Assembly: GCF_028368995.1 (NCBI RefSeq)
Contig: NZ_JAQNDL010000001.1
Span: 576,001 to 640,000, forward strand
Direction: 5' to 3'
From: Nannocystis bainbridge
Lineage (GTDB): Bacteria; Myxococcota_A; Polyangia; Nannocystales; Nannocystaceae
Length of the DNA: 64,000 nt
How positions within the stretch are numbered: position 1 is the stretch's first letter; the number at the start of each line of letters is the position of its first letter. The notes below the pieces were generated by a model. The model was not told the origin of the DNA, did not search any database, and saw only the letters and a program-made list of their open reading frames with translations. The translations under genes were made by a program, and so were the position numbers. Below are positions 49,637 to 60,849 of this stretch, one piece after another.

Positions 49637-51045
49637 GCGAGCCGGCCCTGCGGCCCCGCCTGGCCGGCCTGTCCCGCTGGCGCCGCGGCCTGTTCGGCCG
49701 CGTGTTCTTGACCTTCTTCGCCGCCGTACTGGCGTTCGTGGCGCTGGCCTCGATCGTCCAGTTCGCCACCCGCGAGCGCCACGACGCCGGGTGGGTCGAG
49801 ACCACCGACGCCGCGGTCGAGGCCCACAAGCCGGCGCTGCTGGCCGCGCTGGCCGGCGACGGCGACCTCGAGGCCACGGTCGCGACCCTGGCCCGCGCGC
49901 TCGAGCTGCGCCTGGCCCTGCGCGACCTGGACGGCGCCCACCTCGCCGGCGACCGAAGCACGCCGCCGCTGCGCCCGCTGCGGCCGCGCCAGCGCAGTCG
50001 GCTCGAGCGCGGCGCGCCGGTGATGCTGCGCGAGAAGTCGGGCGAGCCGCAGCTGGCGTTCGCTATCGGCGACCGGGCGGTGCTGATCGCCGACACCGGC
50101 GATCACGCCAGCCGGCGCAACCGCAACCTCGCGCTCGGCGTGCTCGGCCTGGTCGGGCTGCTCGGCGCCTCGGCGTGGCTGCTGGCGCGCTCGCTGACGC
50201 GGCGGCTGGCGCTGCTCGAGGACGGCGCGGGCCGCATCGCTCGCGGCGAGCTCGGGCACCGCGTGAAGGTCGACCCACGCGGCGACGAGATCGATCGCCT
50301 GGGCCAGGAGATGAACGACATGGCCTATCAGCTCGGCGAGCTGCTCCGCGGCCAGCGCTCGCTGCTGACCAATGTCTCGCACGAGCTCAAGACCCCGATC
50401 GCCCGCCTGCGCGTGCTCGCCGAGCTGCTGACGGAGCGCGCCGAGACGCTGCCCGAGCACCCGGCGAGCGTGCGGATCCGCCAGGGCGCGCTCGAGCTCG
50501 AGCAGGACCTGAGCGAGCTGGCCACGCTCGTGCAAGACCTGCTGACCTCGGGCCGGCTCGAGCTGTCGGGCCCGCACGCCTCGCCGGTGCAGCGCACGCC
50601 GATCGACCTGGCGCCGTTCCTGGCCCGCCTCGGCGCGCCGGTCGCCGCCGAGGTCGAGGTGACGCCGCCCGAGCTGACGCTGGTCGGCGACCCGCTGCTG
50701 CTCGACCGCCTGATCACCAACCTGCTGAGCAACGCCCGCCGCGCCTGTCCGCAAGGACATGTGTGGCTCACGGCCAACAGCGGCGGCGAAGGCGTCACGA
50801 TCGCGGTCGAGGACGAGGGTTCGGGGATCCCGCCGGCCGAGCGGGCGCGCGTGTTCGAGGCGTTCTACCGCCTCGACGACGCCCGCGCGCGCGACCACGG
50901 CGGCGCCGGCCTCGGACTCTACTTGTGCGCGCAGATCGCTCGCGCCCACGGCGGCACGATCGCCGCCGAGGGCCGCGCGCACGGCTCCGGCGCCCGCCTG
51001 GTGGTCCGCTTGCCGCTCGCTGGCCCGCCCGCGGCCGTGCTATAG
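49633..51045 (+). CDS. HAMP-domain sensor histidine kinase
   Basis: Two TM segments, HAMP, SHELKTP, NLLSNA, DEGSG, GAGLGL; GTGA overlap with the regulator. Confidence 0.92.
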   Translation: MSEPALRPRLAGLSRWRRGLFGRVFLTFFAAVLAFVALASIVQFATRERHDAGWVETTDAAVEAHKPALLAALAGDGDLEATVATLARALELRLALRDLDGAHLAGDRSTPPLRPLRPRQRSRLERGAPVMLREKSGEPQLAFAIGDRAVLIADTGDHASRRNRNLALGVLGLVGLLGASAWLLARSLTRRLALLEDGAGRIARGELGHRVKVDPRGDEIDRLGQEMNDMAYQLGELLRGQRSLLTNVSHELKTPIARLRVLAELLTERAETLPEHPASVRIRQGALELEQDLSELATLVQDLLTSGRLELSGPHASPVQRTPIDLAPFLARLGAPVAAEVEVTPPELTLVGDPLLLDRLITNLLSNARRACPQGHVWLTANSGGEGVTIAVEDEGSGIPPAERARVFEAFYRLDDARARDHGGAGLGLYLCAQIARAHGGTIAAEGRAHGSGARLVVRLPLAGPPAAVL

Positions 51046-51052
51046 GCGCCGC

Positions 51053-51700
51053 GTGGACAGCTACAAGCAGCGCTTCATCGACCTCCTCGTGCGCCACGAG
51101 GTGCTCCGCTTCGGCGACTTCACGCTGAAGTCGGGGCGCCGCTCGCCCTACTTCATCAACGCCGGCCAGCTGCGCACCGGGGCCGCGATCGCCGGCCTCG
51201 GCGAGGCCTACGCCGAGTGCCTGCAGCGCGAGGGCCTGCAGTGCGACCTGCTGTTCGGGCCGTCGTACAAGGGCGTGCCGCTGGCGGTGGCGACCGCGAT
51301 CGCGCAGGCGCGGGCCGGCAGCGACGTCGCGTTCTGCTTCGACCGCAAGGAGGCCAAGGACCACGGCGAGGGCGGCGTGTTCGTCGGCACCGCCCCGTGG
51401 GACGGCGCCCGCGTGGTCGTCGTCGACGACGTGATCACCTCCGGCAAGTCGATCCACGAGGCCGCCGAGCTGCTGCGCAAGGCCGCGGCGGTGACCGTGG
51501 CCGGGGTCGTGGTCGCCGTCGATCGCATGGAGCGCGGCCGCGGCTCCGTCAGCACCCTGCAGGAGCTGCAGGCCGAGCTCGGCGCGCCCGTGCGGGCGAT
51601 CGTCACCATTCGCGAGATCGCCGCTTACCTCCACCCGCGGGTGATCGACGACGCGCGCCTGCGCGCCATCGAGGGCTACCTCGCCGAGCACGGCGCGTAG
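51053..51700 (+). CDS. pyrE: Orotate phosphoribosyltransferase
   Basis: FTLKSGRRSPYF, FDRKEAKDHGEGG, VVDDVITSG. Confidence 0.95.
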   Translation: MDSYKQRFIDLLVRHEVLRFGDFTLKSGRRSPYFINAGQLRTGAAIAGLGEAYAECLQREGLQCDLLFGPSYKGVPLAVATAIAQARAGSDVAFCFDRKEAKDHGEGGVFVGTAPWDGARVVVVDDVITSGKSIHEAAELLRKAAAVTVAGVVVAVDRMERGRGSVSTLQELQAELGAPVRAIVTIREIAAYLHPRVIDDARLRAIEGYLAEHGA

Positions 51701-51715
51701 TGCTACGGTGAGGCC

Positions 51716-52261
51716 GTGCGTCGCTGCGGGATCCAGGCTGTCCTTTGCGCCCTGTCCCTCGGCGCATGTCCTGAAGACCAGGCCCAGGACCCGCTCGACC
51801 CGGAGCTGCTGATCGCGCTGAGCGAGGCCGGCGGCGACGGCCGCGGCGAGGCGCACAGCGGCCGCTACGTCACCACCGGCGAGGTGCTCGAGTGCGACTG
51901 CCCGACGCGCATGGGCGTCGACCTGTGCGGCGGCGGCTCGGCCCAGCTGATCGGCATCGACGGCCCGGCCAAGGTCGTGCAGATCGATGGGTGGCTGACC
52001 TTCCAGCCCGAGGTCGCGGCGCTGCCGTGGGCGCTGTCCGGCGCGATCGACCGCGACCGCGGCTTCGCCCTCGGCGGCATCTCGGGGCTGGCCATCGGCC
52101 TGTTCACGGTCGGCCTCTACGCCCGCTTCGACGGCGAGTTCACGGCCGAGGGCGGCCTGCGCGGGGAACTCGCCCATCGCCTGCTCGGCGAGCTCCCCGA
52201 CGGCCGCATCGACTGCCGCACCACCTACGCAGTGACGGGCGCGCGCACACCCGACGCCTGA
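51716..52261 (+). CDS. Hypothetical lipoprotein
   Basis: LGAC lipobox; coding-like GC3. Confidence 0.6.
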   Translation: MRRCGIQAVLCALSLGACPEDQAQDPLDPELLIALSEAGGDGRGEAHSGRYVTTGEVLECDCPTRMGVDLCGGGSAQLIGIDGPAKVVQIDGWLTFQPEVAALPWALSGAIDRDRGFALGGISGLAIGLFTVGLYARFDGEFTAEGGLRGELAHRLLGELPDGRIDCRTTYAVTGARTPDA

Positions 52262-52416
52262 GCGCCGCAGTCGCGCAGGCATCGGAGCGCCGTCACGCAG
52301 ACGCTGCGTCGCCGCCGTGCCTCGAGGCGCCGACTCGTGAAGCGGGCCACCGCGATCCGGCAGAAGCCGGTGCGGTTGCCCGAGGGCCGGCCGTCCTGCG
52401 GCCGCCCGATCGCGGC

Positions 52417-52914
52417 TCACACCCGCGGGCCCTTGCGCTCGCCCCGGTCGCCCCGGCCGTCGCGGCCGCCGTCACGCCCGCCGCGGAAGTGGCCCTTGCC
52501 CTTGCCTTCCTTGTGCTTGGCCTTGAACTCCGCCATCTTGGCCCGCTGCGCCGGGGTCAGGACCGCGTCGATCTTGGCCTTCATCGCCTCGCGCTCGCTC
52601 TTGGCGACGGTCTCGTGGGCCGCCAGCTGCTCGCGCAGCGTCTTGACCTTGGCCGCGTCGAACGAGGGCTTGGCGTACTCGGCGGCGATCTGCTGATTCA
52701 GGTCGCGCATGGCCGAGCGCTCGGCCTTGATGGTCGGCTTGTGGCTGTCGCGGATCTGCGTCAGCTGCGTCTGCTGGGCCGCCGAGCATTCGAGCTTCTC
52801 GCACATCTTCGCGCCGCGGTCGCCGTGGTGCTTGCCCGCCTCGGCGTCGCCCGCCGCGAACATGGTCAGGCCAAACACAGTCGTCATCACCAGCTTCGAA
52901 ATCGTGGTCAGCAT
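52417..52914 (-). CDS. Spy/CpxP-family periplasmic chaperone
   Basis: Signal peptide, helical body, VLTPAQR (LTxxQ). Confidence 0.82.
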   Translation of the reverse strand: MLTTISKLVMTTVFGLTMFAAGDAEAGKHHGDRGAKMCEKLECSAAQQTQLTQIRDSHKPTIKAERSAMRDLNQQIAAEYAKPSFDAAKVKTLREQLAAHETVAKSEREAMKAKIDAVLTPAQRAKMAEFKAKHKEGKGKGHFRGGRDGGRDGRGDRGERKGPRV

Positions 52915-53241
52915 CGTGGTTCCTTTCGTCTCGGCTGGTTCGACGCGGCCCCGGCTTCGCTATGCGCCCCGTCGCGCAAAGCGGGGGCCACGGGGACGTA
53001 AAGCGAGCGTAACCGGAGGGCATCGGCGCTCTCCGCGGCGCTGCGGACCGCGCCGGAGCGTACGGCTCATCCATAAAAGACCCGGCGGTAACCCGAGCCG
53101 GGGTCATGGCGCTGGAGGCGTGACGACATCGGCGCGCTCGCCGTCCCATCGCACACCTGCCCTTTCAGACAGGCGCCCACGCCGCCGCCTGCGCTTTCGG
53201 GCAGGCCGCGCGTCGGCCCGCCTGCCCGTTCGGGCCGGCGC

Positions 53242-55260
53242 CTACTCCGCCTCGCCCGGCGGGTGGAACACGTAGTTGTGCTGGGCCTGGCGGGCCGCGC
53301 GGGGGAACTCGAGCCGCAGCACCACCTTGCGCAGGCAGTCCGACAGCGGGCTCGGTGCCATGCGCAGCTTCAGCACCTTGCCGCCGCGGCCGACCAGCGC
53401 GACGACTTCGACGTCGCCCGGCCCGTGCTCGTCGTAGCACTGGCGGACCCGCGGCGAGCGGTTGGTCCGCAGCAGGACCTTGCGGAAATCGCCTGCGCTC
53501 AGCTGATCGGCGCCGCCGTTGCCGGGCGCCGCGTCGTCGATCGCCTCGCCGGCCGAATCGACCGCCACCAGATCCTCCTCGGGGGCCGGCGTCGGCGTCG
53601 GCGCGGCCGGCTCGGGCTGGGCCACCCGCGCCAGCGTGGATGCCTCTTGGGACATGTCCGAACGGCCAGCCGTCGGCGTCGCCGGCGACTCTGGTTTCGG
53701 CGGGTGGTTGATCGCCGGCGGCGTGCCCGGCTTGTCGGCGGTGGCCCAGGCCTGCAGGCGCCAGCCGATCAGCGCGCACAGCCCCGCGATCACCAGCAAC
53801 CCGAGGGCCAGCTGGGTGTTGTTGCGGCTGGCGGGCGCCGGGCCGGCCCAGGTCGGCTCGACGCGGGTCGCCGGCGTCGTCATCGACGCGGTCACCGGGG
53901 CGCTGGGGGCCGTCGTCGAGGCGCTGAACGACAGCGACGGCCGCTCGCTCGCGTTCGGCGGCGGGATGATGAACGCCCGCGGGTCGCTCAACGAGGCCTG
54001 GGGCTCGCTGGCGGGCTCGGGCGCGGGCGCGGGCGGCGACGCGGCCGCGGCCGCGGCCGACAGCGGCGATGCGGCCACCGGCGGCGCCGTCGGCGGGCGC
54101 AGCGGCGGCTTGGTCGCCGGCCGGCTCGCCGACCTGGCGGGCCGACTGTCGGGCTTGCTGGCCGGCTTCGCCTCGGCGCGGCTCTCTTGCTTGCTCGCCG
54201 GCTTGCTGGCCCGCACCGGCGTCGCGGCCGCCTCGGGCTCGAGCTCCTCGACCAGCGCCGAGAGCGACGTGAGCGACGAGGCCGACAGCCCCTCGGGCTC
54301 GTCGTCCCTGACGTCGGGCAGCTCGGGCTCGACCTCGTACGACAGCACCGCCAGGTTCGGCGGCGGCTCGATGCGATGCAGGCCGGTGTCGATCGTGACC
54401 TGCCCCTTCGACGGTCGGTACGGCAGGTCGGCGCTCTCGAACACCTGGTCCCACGCCGAATCGATGGCGCCCTCGGCGTGCTGCGCCGCGTCGGCGACCC
54501 CTGGCCGTAGCGCATCGATCTCGGCGGCGCGCAGCTGCTGCGCCCACTCGGCCGCGCTCGGCCGCGAATGCCCGCGGACAACCTGCGCGATCGGGGCCAG
54601 CCACGGCGCCTCGGCCTCGCCCTTGCCGACCACCTCGAGCAGCACCGCCGCCAGCATCGACACGTCGGCCGACACGGCCGGCTCGGCGCCGGACAGGTGC
54701 GACGGCGCCTGCACGTCGAGGTCGACCAGCTTGACCCCGGCGTGGCTCCACACCAGGTTGCCCGGCGAAATCGCCCCGTGCGGGGCCCCGAGCGCGTGCA
54801 GCGTGGCCAGGCCCTCGGCCAGCTCGGCCGCCAGCTTGAGCAGGCCGGCGCCCTCGAAGCGTGGGTCGTTCTCGGCGTGGTAGAGGTTCTTGCCCTCCGC
54901 GTGCTCCATCACGGCGTACCACAGGCCGCCCATGGTGCCCTCGGCGAGAACCGCGGCGACGCACGGGTGGCGCACGCCGAGGCGCCTGCGGGCCCGCTCG
55001 GCGATCCGTCCGACCACCTCGCGCTGCTCCGGCGCCGCCAACACCTTGACCACCACCTGCTGGTTGCTGGCCTGGTCGCGGCCCGAGTAGACGCAGCCGA
55101 GGTCGCCGGAGCCGAGCAGCTCGGTCAGCACGTAGCGGCCGCCCAGCACGTGGCCGCGCAGGTCGCCGAGCACCTCGACCTCGGACGGCTTGCCGCCCTG
55201 CCCGACCGGCCCGCCGAGCATCTCCGGCAGCGGATCCTCGTCGAGCGGGATCGAGTGCAT
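53242..55260 (-). CDS. Ser/Thr kinase-like (probable pseudokinase) membrane protein
   Basis: RY.L...LGSG..G.VY, VVKVL, VMEH..G; HGA and DLD replace HRD and DFG; TM segment; C-terminal CY...C..LEFP domain. Start uncertain. Confidence 0.7.
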   Translation of the reverse strand: MHSIPLDEDPLPEMLGGPVGQGGKPSEVEVLGDLRGHVLGGRYVLTELLGSGDLGCVYSGRDQASNQQVVVKVLAAPEQREVVGRIAERARRRLGVRHPCVAAVLAEGTMGGLWYAVMEHAEGKNLYHAENDPRFEGAGLLKLAAELAEGLATLHALGAPHGAISPGNLVWSHAGVKLVDLDVQAPSHLSGAEPAVSADVSMLAAVLLEVVGKGEAEAPWLAPIAQVVRGHSRPSAAEWAQQLRAAEIDALRPGVADAAQHAEGAIDSAWDQVFESADLPYRPSKGQVTIDTGLHRIEPPPNLAVLSYEVEPELPDVRDDEPEGLSASSLTSLSALVEELEPEAAATPVRASKPASKQESRAEAKPASKPDSRPARSASRPATKPPLRPPTAPPVAASPLSAAAAAASPPAPAPEPASEPQASLSDPRAFIIPPPNASERPSLSFSASTTAPSAPVTASMTTPATRVEPTWAGPAPASRNNTQLALGLLVIAGLCALIGWRLQAWATADKPGTPPAINHPPKPESPATPTAGRSDMSQEASTLARVAQPEPAAPTPTPAPEEDLVAVDSAGEAIDDAAPGNGGADQLSAGDFRKVLLRTNRSPRVRQCYDEHGPGDVEVVALVGRGGKVLKLRMAPSPLSDCLRKVVLRLEFPRAARQAQHNYVFHPPGEAE

Positions 55261-55426
55261 CGTCCAGCTGCGTGGCCGACGCGGCTTGGGCCTGGAGTCG
55301 GGAGGACTTGCCGGTACAACCATGAGCGGGGGTGGCGAAAGCGTGCAACGGTTGGCGCCCGCGGTCAACGGCCTGCCCGCGGGCCGGGGTCCGCTCTTGC
55401 GCTCGCGCGGCCGCCCGCCGCCCCCA

Positions 55427-56713
<1,287 letters not shown>

Positions 56714-56798
56714 GTGCAGTCCTTTCGTTCGCCGCTCACGATCGCAGGCGCGCGATCAATCGGGCGTCAGGACAGCAGGAGCCGCGATCAAGAGCCGA

Positions 56799-57551
56799 TC
56801 AAGGCCGTGCCTGCGCCTGTGACCCGGATTCGTGCGCCTGCACCGCCGCCTCGACTTCGACGTGTCCGCGCAGGTACGCGACGTAGACGATCACGGGCAC
56901 CGTGTAGCGGAACGCCGGACCGGCCAGCTCCCACAGGCGAATCGCCTGATAGATCGGCCCTCCGGCGCGGCGCAGCACCAGCTTGAGGCCCGCGCGCAGC
57001 AAACTTTGCCGCACCTGCACCACCGCCGCCTCGCGCAGCTTGTCGGTCGCCACGTGCGCCGCGCGGCCCGGCAGCAGCGCCTTGCGCTCCGGCTGCGTGT
57101 GGGTCTGGAAGTCGTGAAGCACCGAGAGGTCCGGGACCCCCTCGGCGTAGGTCTCGCCGGCGTGGAACCCGTCGATCAGCACCTGCTGAATGTCGGTCGG
57201 CAGGGCGTCGAAGTTGGCGTCGAGGGCGTAGTGGACCACGCGGTGCTCGAGCGCCGGGAGCCCGCCCTCGGCTGGCTCTTCGGACAGGCGCAGCTCGGCC
57301 AGCGCGTCGCACACGATCTGCAAGTACGACTGTTTACCGGGCCCGGTGCGCCCGAGAACGCTGTGCGAGCCGAGCCGCGAGATCCGCTCGATCACCGCCG
57401 CGACCCGGTCGTCGCGCGTCGATCGGGGGTCGCGGAGCCGGCGGTCGACCCACAACAGGCCGGACGGCGGCCGGCCCAGGAACTCGATCAGCACGGCCAG
57501 CTCCGCTTCGCTGCAGGCCATCAGCACGGGCGTCAGATGTTCGTCGACCAT
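56799..57551 (-). CDS. YaaW/UPF0174-like protein
   Basis: L..CSEAEL..L, RLGSHS...Y..I..D, LAGPAFRYTVP...VAYLR. Confidence 0.65.
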   Translation of the reverse strand: MVDEHLTPVLMACSEAELAVLIEFLGRPPSGLLWVDRRLRDPRSTRDDRVAAVIERISRLGSHSVLGRTGPGKQSYLQIVCDALAELRLSEEPAEGGLPALEHRVVHYALDANFDALPTDIQQVLIDGFHAGETYAEGVPDLSVLHDFQTHTQPERKALLPGRAAHVATDKLREAAVVQVRQSLLRAGLKLVLRRAGGPIYQAIRLWELAGPAFRYTVPVIVYVAYLRGHVEVEAAVQAHESGSQAQARP

Positions 57552-57681
57552 GGTCGCCCGCAGGGTACTCCTCGCGCGGCCCGCCGGCCATCGCCTGCGC
57601 ACCACGGGCCCTGGCCCCCCCGGCGCGAGCACGCGCTCTCAGCCATTGAGACGGCCGGGCCGGTCGGGCAAGATCGGCGCG

Positions 57682-60627
57682 GTGGAGGTCGAGCCGACGC
57701 CCTCGCAGGACACCTCGGTGACCGGCGAGATCACCGGGGAGGGTGAGCTCCCGCAGGCCCCTGGCGCGTCGGTCGACGACCTGTCCCCAGGGACATGTGT
57801 CGGCCGCTACATCATCCTCGGTCGCCTCGGCGCCGGCGCCATGGGCGTCGTCTACGCCGCCTTCGACCCCGAGCTCGACCGCAAGATCGCCCTCAAGCTG
57901 CTGAACTCCGGCGGCAGCGCCCGGCTCGACGCCCGCGCCCGCCTGCTGCGCGAGGCCAAGTCGCTGGCCCGCCTGTCGCACCCGAACGTGGTCGGCGTCC
58001 ACGACGTCGGCACCTACGGCGACCACATCTTCCTCGCCATGGAGTTCGTCCCCGGGCGCACGCTCACCGCCTGGCTCAAAGAACAGCCGCGGCGCTGGCC
58101 CCAGGTGCTGGAGGTCATGCGCTGCGCCGGCGAGGGCCTGGCCGCCGCCCACGCCGCCGGCCTGGTCCACCGCGACTTCAAGCCCGACAACATCCTCATC
58201 GGCGACGACGGCCGCGCTCGCGTCCTCGACTTCGGCCTCGCGCGCGCCTCCGGCGAGGCGCCCGAGAACCTCTCGAACGACAGCGAGGCGCTCGCCGCCA
58301 TCGCCTCCGCCTCGACCTCCGGCGCCCACCGCTCGCGCGCCCACGCAGCCGAGCTCGCCCTCGTCACCCGCACCGGCGCGCTGATCGGCACGCCCGCGTA
58401 CATGTCCCCCGAGCAGCACCTCGGCCGCCCCGCCGACGCGCTCAGCGATCAGTTCTCGTTCTCGATCGCCCTCTACCAGGCGCTCTACGGCGTGCGCCCG
58501 TTCAGCGGCGCGCGCCTGTCGTCCCTCGCCTATCAGATCATGAAGGGCAAGGTCGAGGCCCCGCCCGCCGGCTCGCAGGTCCCGGGCTGGCTGCGCAAGG
58601 TGGTCGTCCGCGGCCTCGCGCTCGACGCCGAGGACCGCTGGCCGTCGATGCGCGCCATGCTGACCGCCCTCGCCCGCGAGCGCGGCCTCGGTAGGCCCGG
58701 CGCCTGGCTGCTCGGCGGCCTCGCCGGCCTCGGCTTCGGCCTGGCGCTGTGGCTCACCCGCGACCCCGCCGTCAGCCCGTGCCAGGGCAGCGCGCAGCGG
58801 CTCGCGGGGATCTGGGACGCGGCCCGCGTCGCCGAGATCCAGCAGGCCTTCCTCGCCTCGGGGGCGCCCTACGCCGCCGACGCCTGGCAGAGCGTCGACA
58901 AGGCGCTCTCGGCCTACGCCCAGCGATGGGTCGCGGCCCACCACGACGCCTGCGCCGCGACGCACATCTACGGCGAGCAGTCGGAGCGCATCCTCGACCT
59001 CCGCACCCGCTGCCTGAACCGCCACCTCGGCCGCTTCAAGGCCCTCAGCGACGGCCTCGCCCGCGCCGGCGCCGGCACCATCGAGCACGCCCCCGAGGCC
59101 GCCTCGCTGCTCGGCGACCTCTCGACCTGCGCCGACGCCGAGGCGCTCGACAGCGTGGTCCCGGCCCCCGAAGATCCCGCCAAGGTCGCCGACGTCGAGG
59201 CCCGCCTGGCCGACGCCGGGGCCCAGGAGCTGGCCGGCGACTACACGCGAGCCTTCGAGCTGGCGCTGCTGGCCGTCAACGAGGCGACCGCCCTCGCCTA
59301 TGCGCCGCTCGAGGCCGAGGCGCTGCGGGTGCGCGCGCGGATCCAGCGGCGCCTGGCTCGCCACGACATGAGCGCCGAGTCGCTCACCGCCGCCATCGCC
59401 GCCGCCGCCCGCGGCCGCGACGATCACACCGCCGCGACCGCCTGGACCGACCTCGTCTACCACGTCGGCACCCACAAGCCCGACGCCGTCCGCCTCGACG
59501 CCCACCGCCTCGCCGCCGAGGCCGCGATCGTGCGCGCCGGCGACGACGCCTCGCTGCGGGCCCGCCTCGACCTCGGCGTCGCCAACGGCCTGCGCCTGCT
59601 CGGCCGCTACGACGAGGCCCTCGCCCCGGCCCAGCGCGCGCTCGCGCTGTACGAGCGCGACGACCCCGGCAACGCCCACAACCTCGCCGACGCGCTGCAC
59701 AGCCTCGCGCTGATCCACCAGCGCCGAAACCACGTGGCCGACGCCCAGCGGGCCTTCGACCGCGCCATCGCGGCCCACGAGCGCGCCTACGGCCGGGCCC
59801 ACCCGGTCACCGCCAGCGTCCTCAGTCACGCCGCCGTGCTCGCGCTCGAGCAGGGCGACCTCGATCGCGCCGACGCGCTCGCGCGCGAGGCCCACGACGT
59901 GCGCCAGCGGAGCTTGCCCCGAGGCAACGTCGCCCTCGCCGAGTCGGCCCGGATCCTCGCCGAGATCGCGGCCCTGCGCGGCGACCTGGATGGCGCCCAG
60001 GCCCGCTACGACGAGGCGCTGGCGATCTACCGCGACCAGCCCGACGTCGACGCCATGCACCGGGCCACCCTGCACAACGACCTCGCCATCCTGGCCGACC
60101 AGCGCGGCGACCTGCCCGGCGCGCGCCAGCACTACCGGGACGCGCTCGAGCTGTACCGCCAGCGCTTCGGCTTCGAGCACGTGTACGCGCGGATCGTCGA
60201 GCGCAACCTCGTCGAGGTCGCGCTGTGGCTCGGCGATCCGGCGGCCGCGTTGACGCTGGCCGATCGGCTGATCGCCAGCGCCCCGCGCGAGCCGCCGATC
60301 GAGCCGCCGGTGCCCTACGTGCTGGCCTTGCGGGCCCAGGCCCTGCTCGCGCTCGGCCGCGACGCCGAGGCGCGCGAGGCCGCCGAGCGCGCCGTCGCCG
60401 ACCTCGACGCGCACCTCGGCGGCGCCCCGGACGCCGAAGAGGCGGCGATCGTGCGCGCCACCCTGGCCCGCGTGCTCCCGACCGGCGGCGACGACGGCAA
60501 GCGGCGGCTGGCGCTGATGCTGCTCGCCGAGCCCGAGCTGCGCCGCGCCGCCGAGGCCAAGAAGACCGCCGCCGCGCGAGCGCTGGCCGCCGTGCACGAC
60601 CTGGCCTCGCCGCCCTCGCGACCTTGA
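57682..60627 (+). CDS. Ser/Thr protein kinase with TM segment and TPR repeats
   Basis: GAGAMGVVY, ALK, HRDFKPDN, DFGLA, GTPAYMSPEQ; kinesin-light-chain-like TPRs. Start approximate. Confidence 0.92.
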   Translation: MEVEPTPSQDTSVTGEITGEGELPQAPGASVDDLSPGTCVGRYIILGRLGAGAMGVVYAAFDPELDRKIALKLLNSGGSARLDARARLLREAKSLARLSHPNVVGVHDVGTYGDHIFLAMEFVPGRTLTAWLKEQPRRWPQVLEVMRCAGEGLAAAHAAGLVHRDFKPDNILIGDDGRARVLDFGLARASGEAPENLSNDSEALAAIASASTSGAHRSRAHAAELALVTRTGALIGTPAYMSPEQHLGRPADALSDQFSFSIALYQALYGVRPFSGARLSSLAYQIMKGKVEAPPAGSQVPGWLRKVVVRGLALDAEDRWPSMRAMLTALARERGLGRPGAWLLGGLAGLGFGLALWLTRDPAVSPCQGSAQRLAGIWDAARVAEIQQAFLASGAPYAADAWQSVDKALSAYAQRWVAAHHDACAATHIYGEQSERILDLRTRCLNRHLGRFKALSDGLARAGAGTIEHAPEAASLLGDLSTCADAEALDSVVPAPEDPAKVADVEARLADAGAQELAGDYTRAFELALLAVNEATALAYAPLEAEALRVRARIQRRLARHDMSAESLTAAIAAAARGRDDHTAATAWTDLVYHVGTHKPDAVRLDAHRLAAEAAIVRAGDDASLRARLDLGVANGLRLLGRYDEALAPAQRALALYERDDPGNAHNLADALHSLALIHQRRNHVADAQRAFDRAIAAHERAYGRAHPVTASVLSHAAVLALEQGDLDRADALAREAHDVRQRSLPRGNVALAESARILAEIAALRGDLDGAQARYDEALAIYRDQPDVDAMHRATLHNDLAILADQRGDLPGARQHYRDALELYRQRFGFEHVYARIVERNLVEVALWLGDPAAALTLADRLIASAPREPPIEPPVPYVLALRAQALLALGRDAEAREAAERAVADLDAHLGGAPDAEEAAIVRATLARVLPTGGDDGKRRLALMLLAEPELRRAAEAKKTAAARALAAVHDLASPPSRP

Positions 60628-60849
60628 CCTGTCCCGAGCGACCTCCCCGAAAGGACAGGTCGGATCGGCCAGTCGATGACGTCGGCGAGTGCGGTTCGCG
60701 GCCCCTCGCCCCCAAAACACGCGCATGGAGGCAATGACGGATCGGTCGTTCGCTTCTCACGCGTCGCCCGCGGGGGTAAGTTCGACCGACCTACGAACCG
60801 GCTTGCTTACGGACTCCCGGCCGTCTTTCCCGGCCTGATCGGCACCGCC

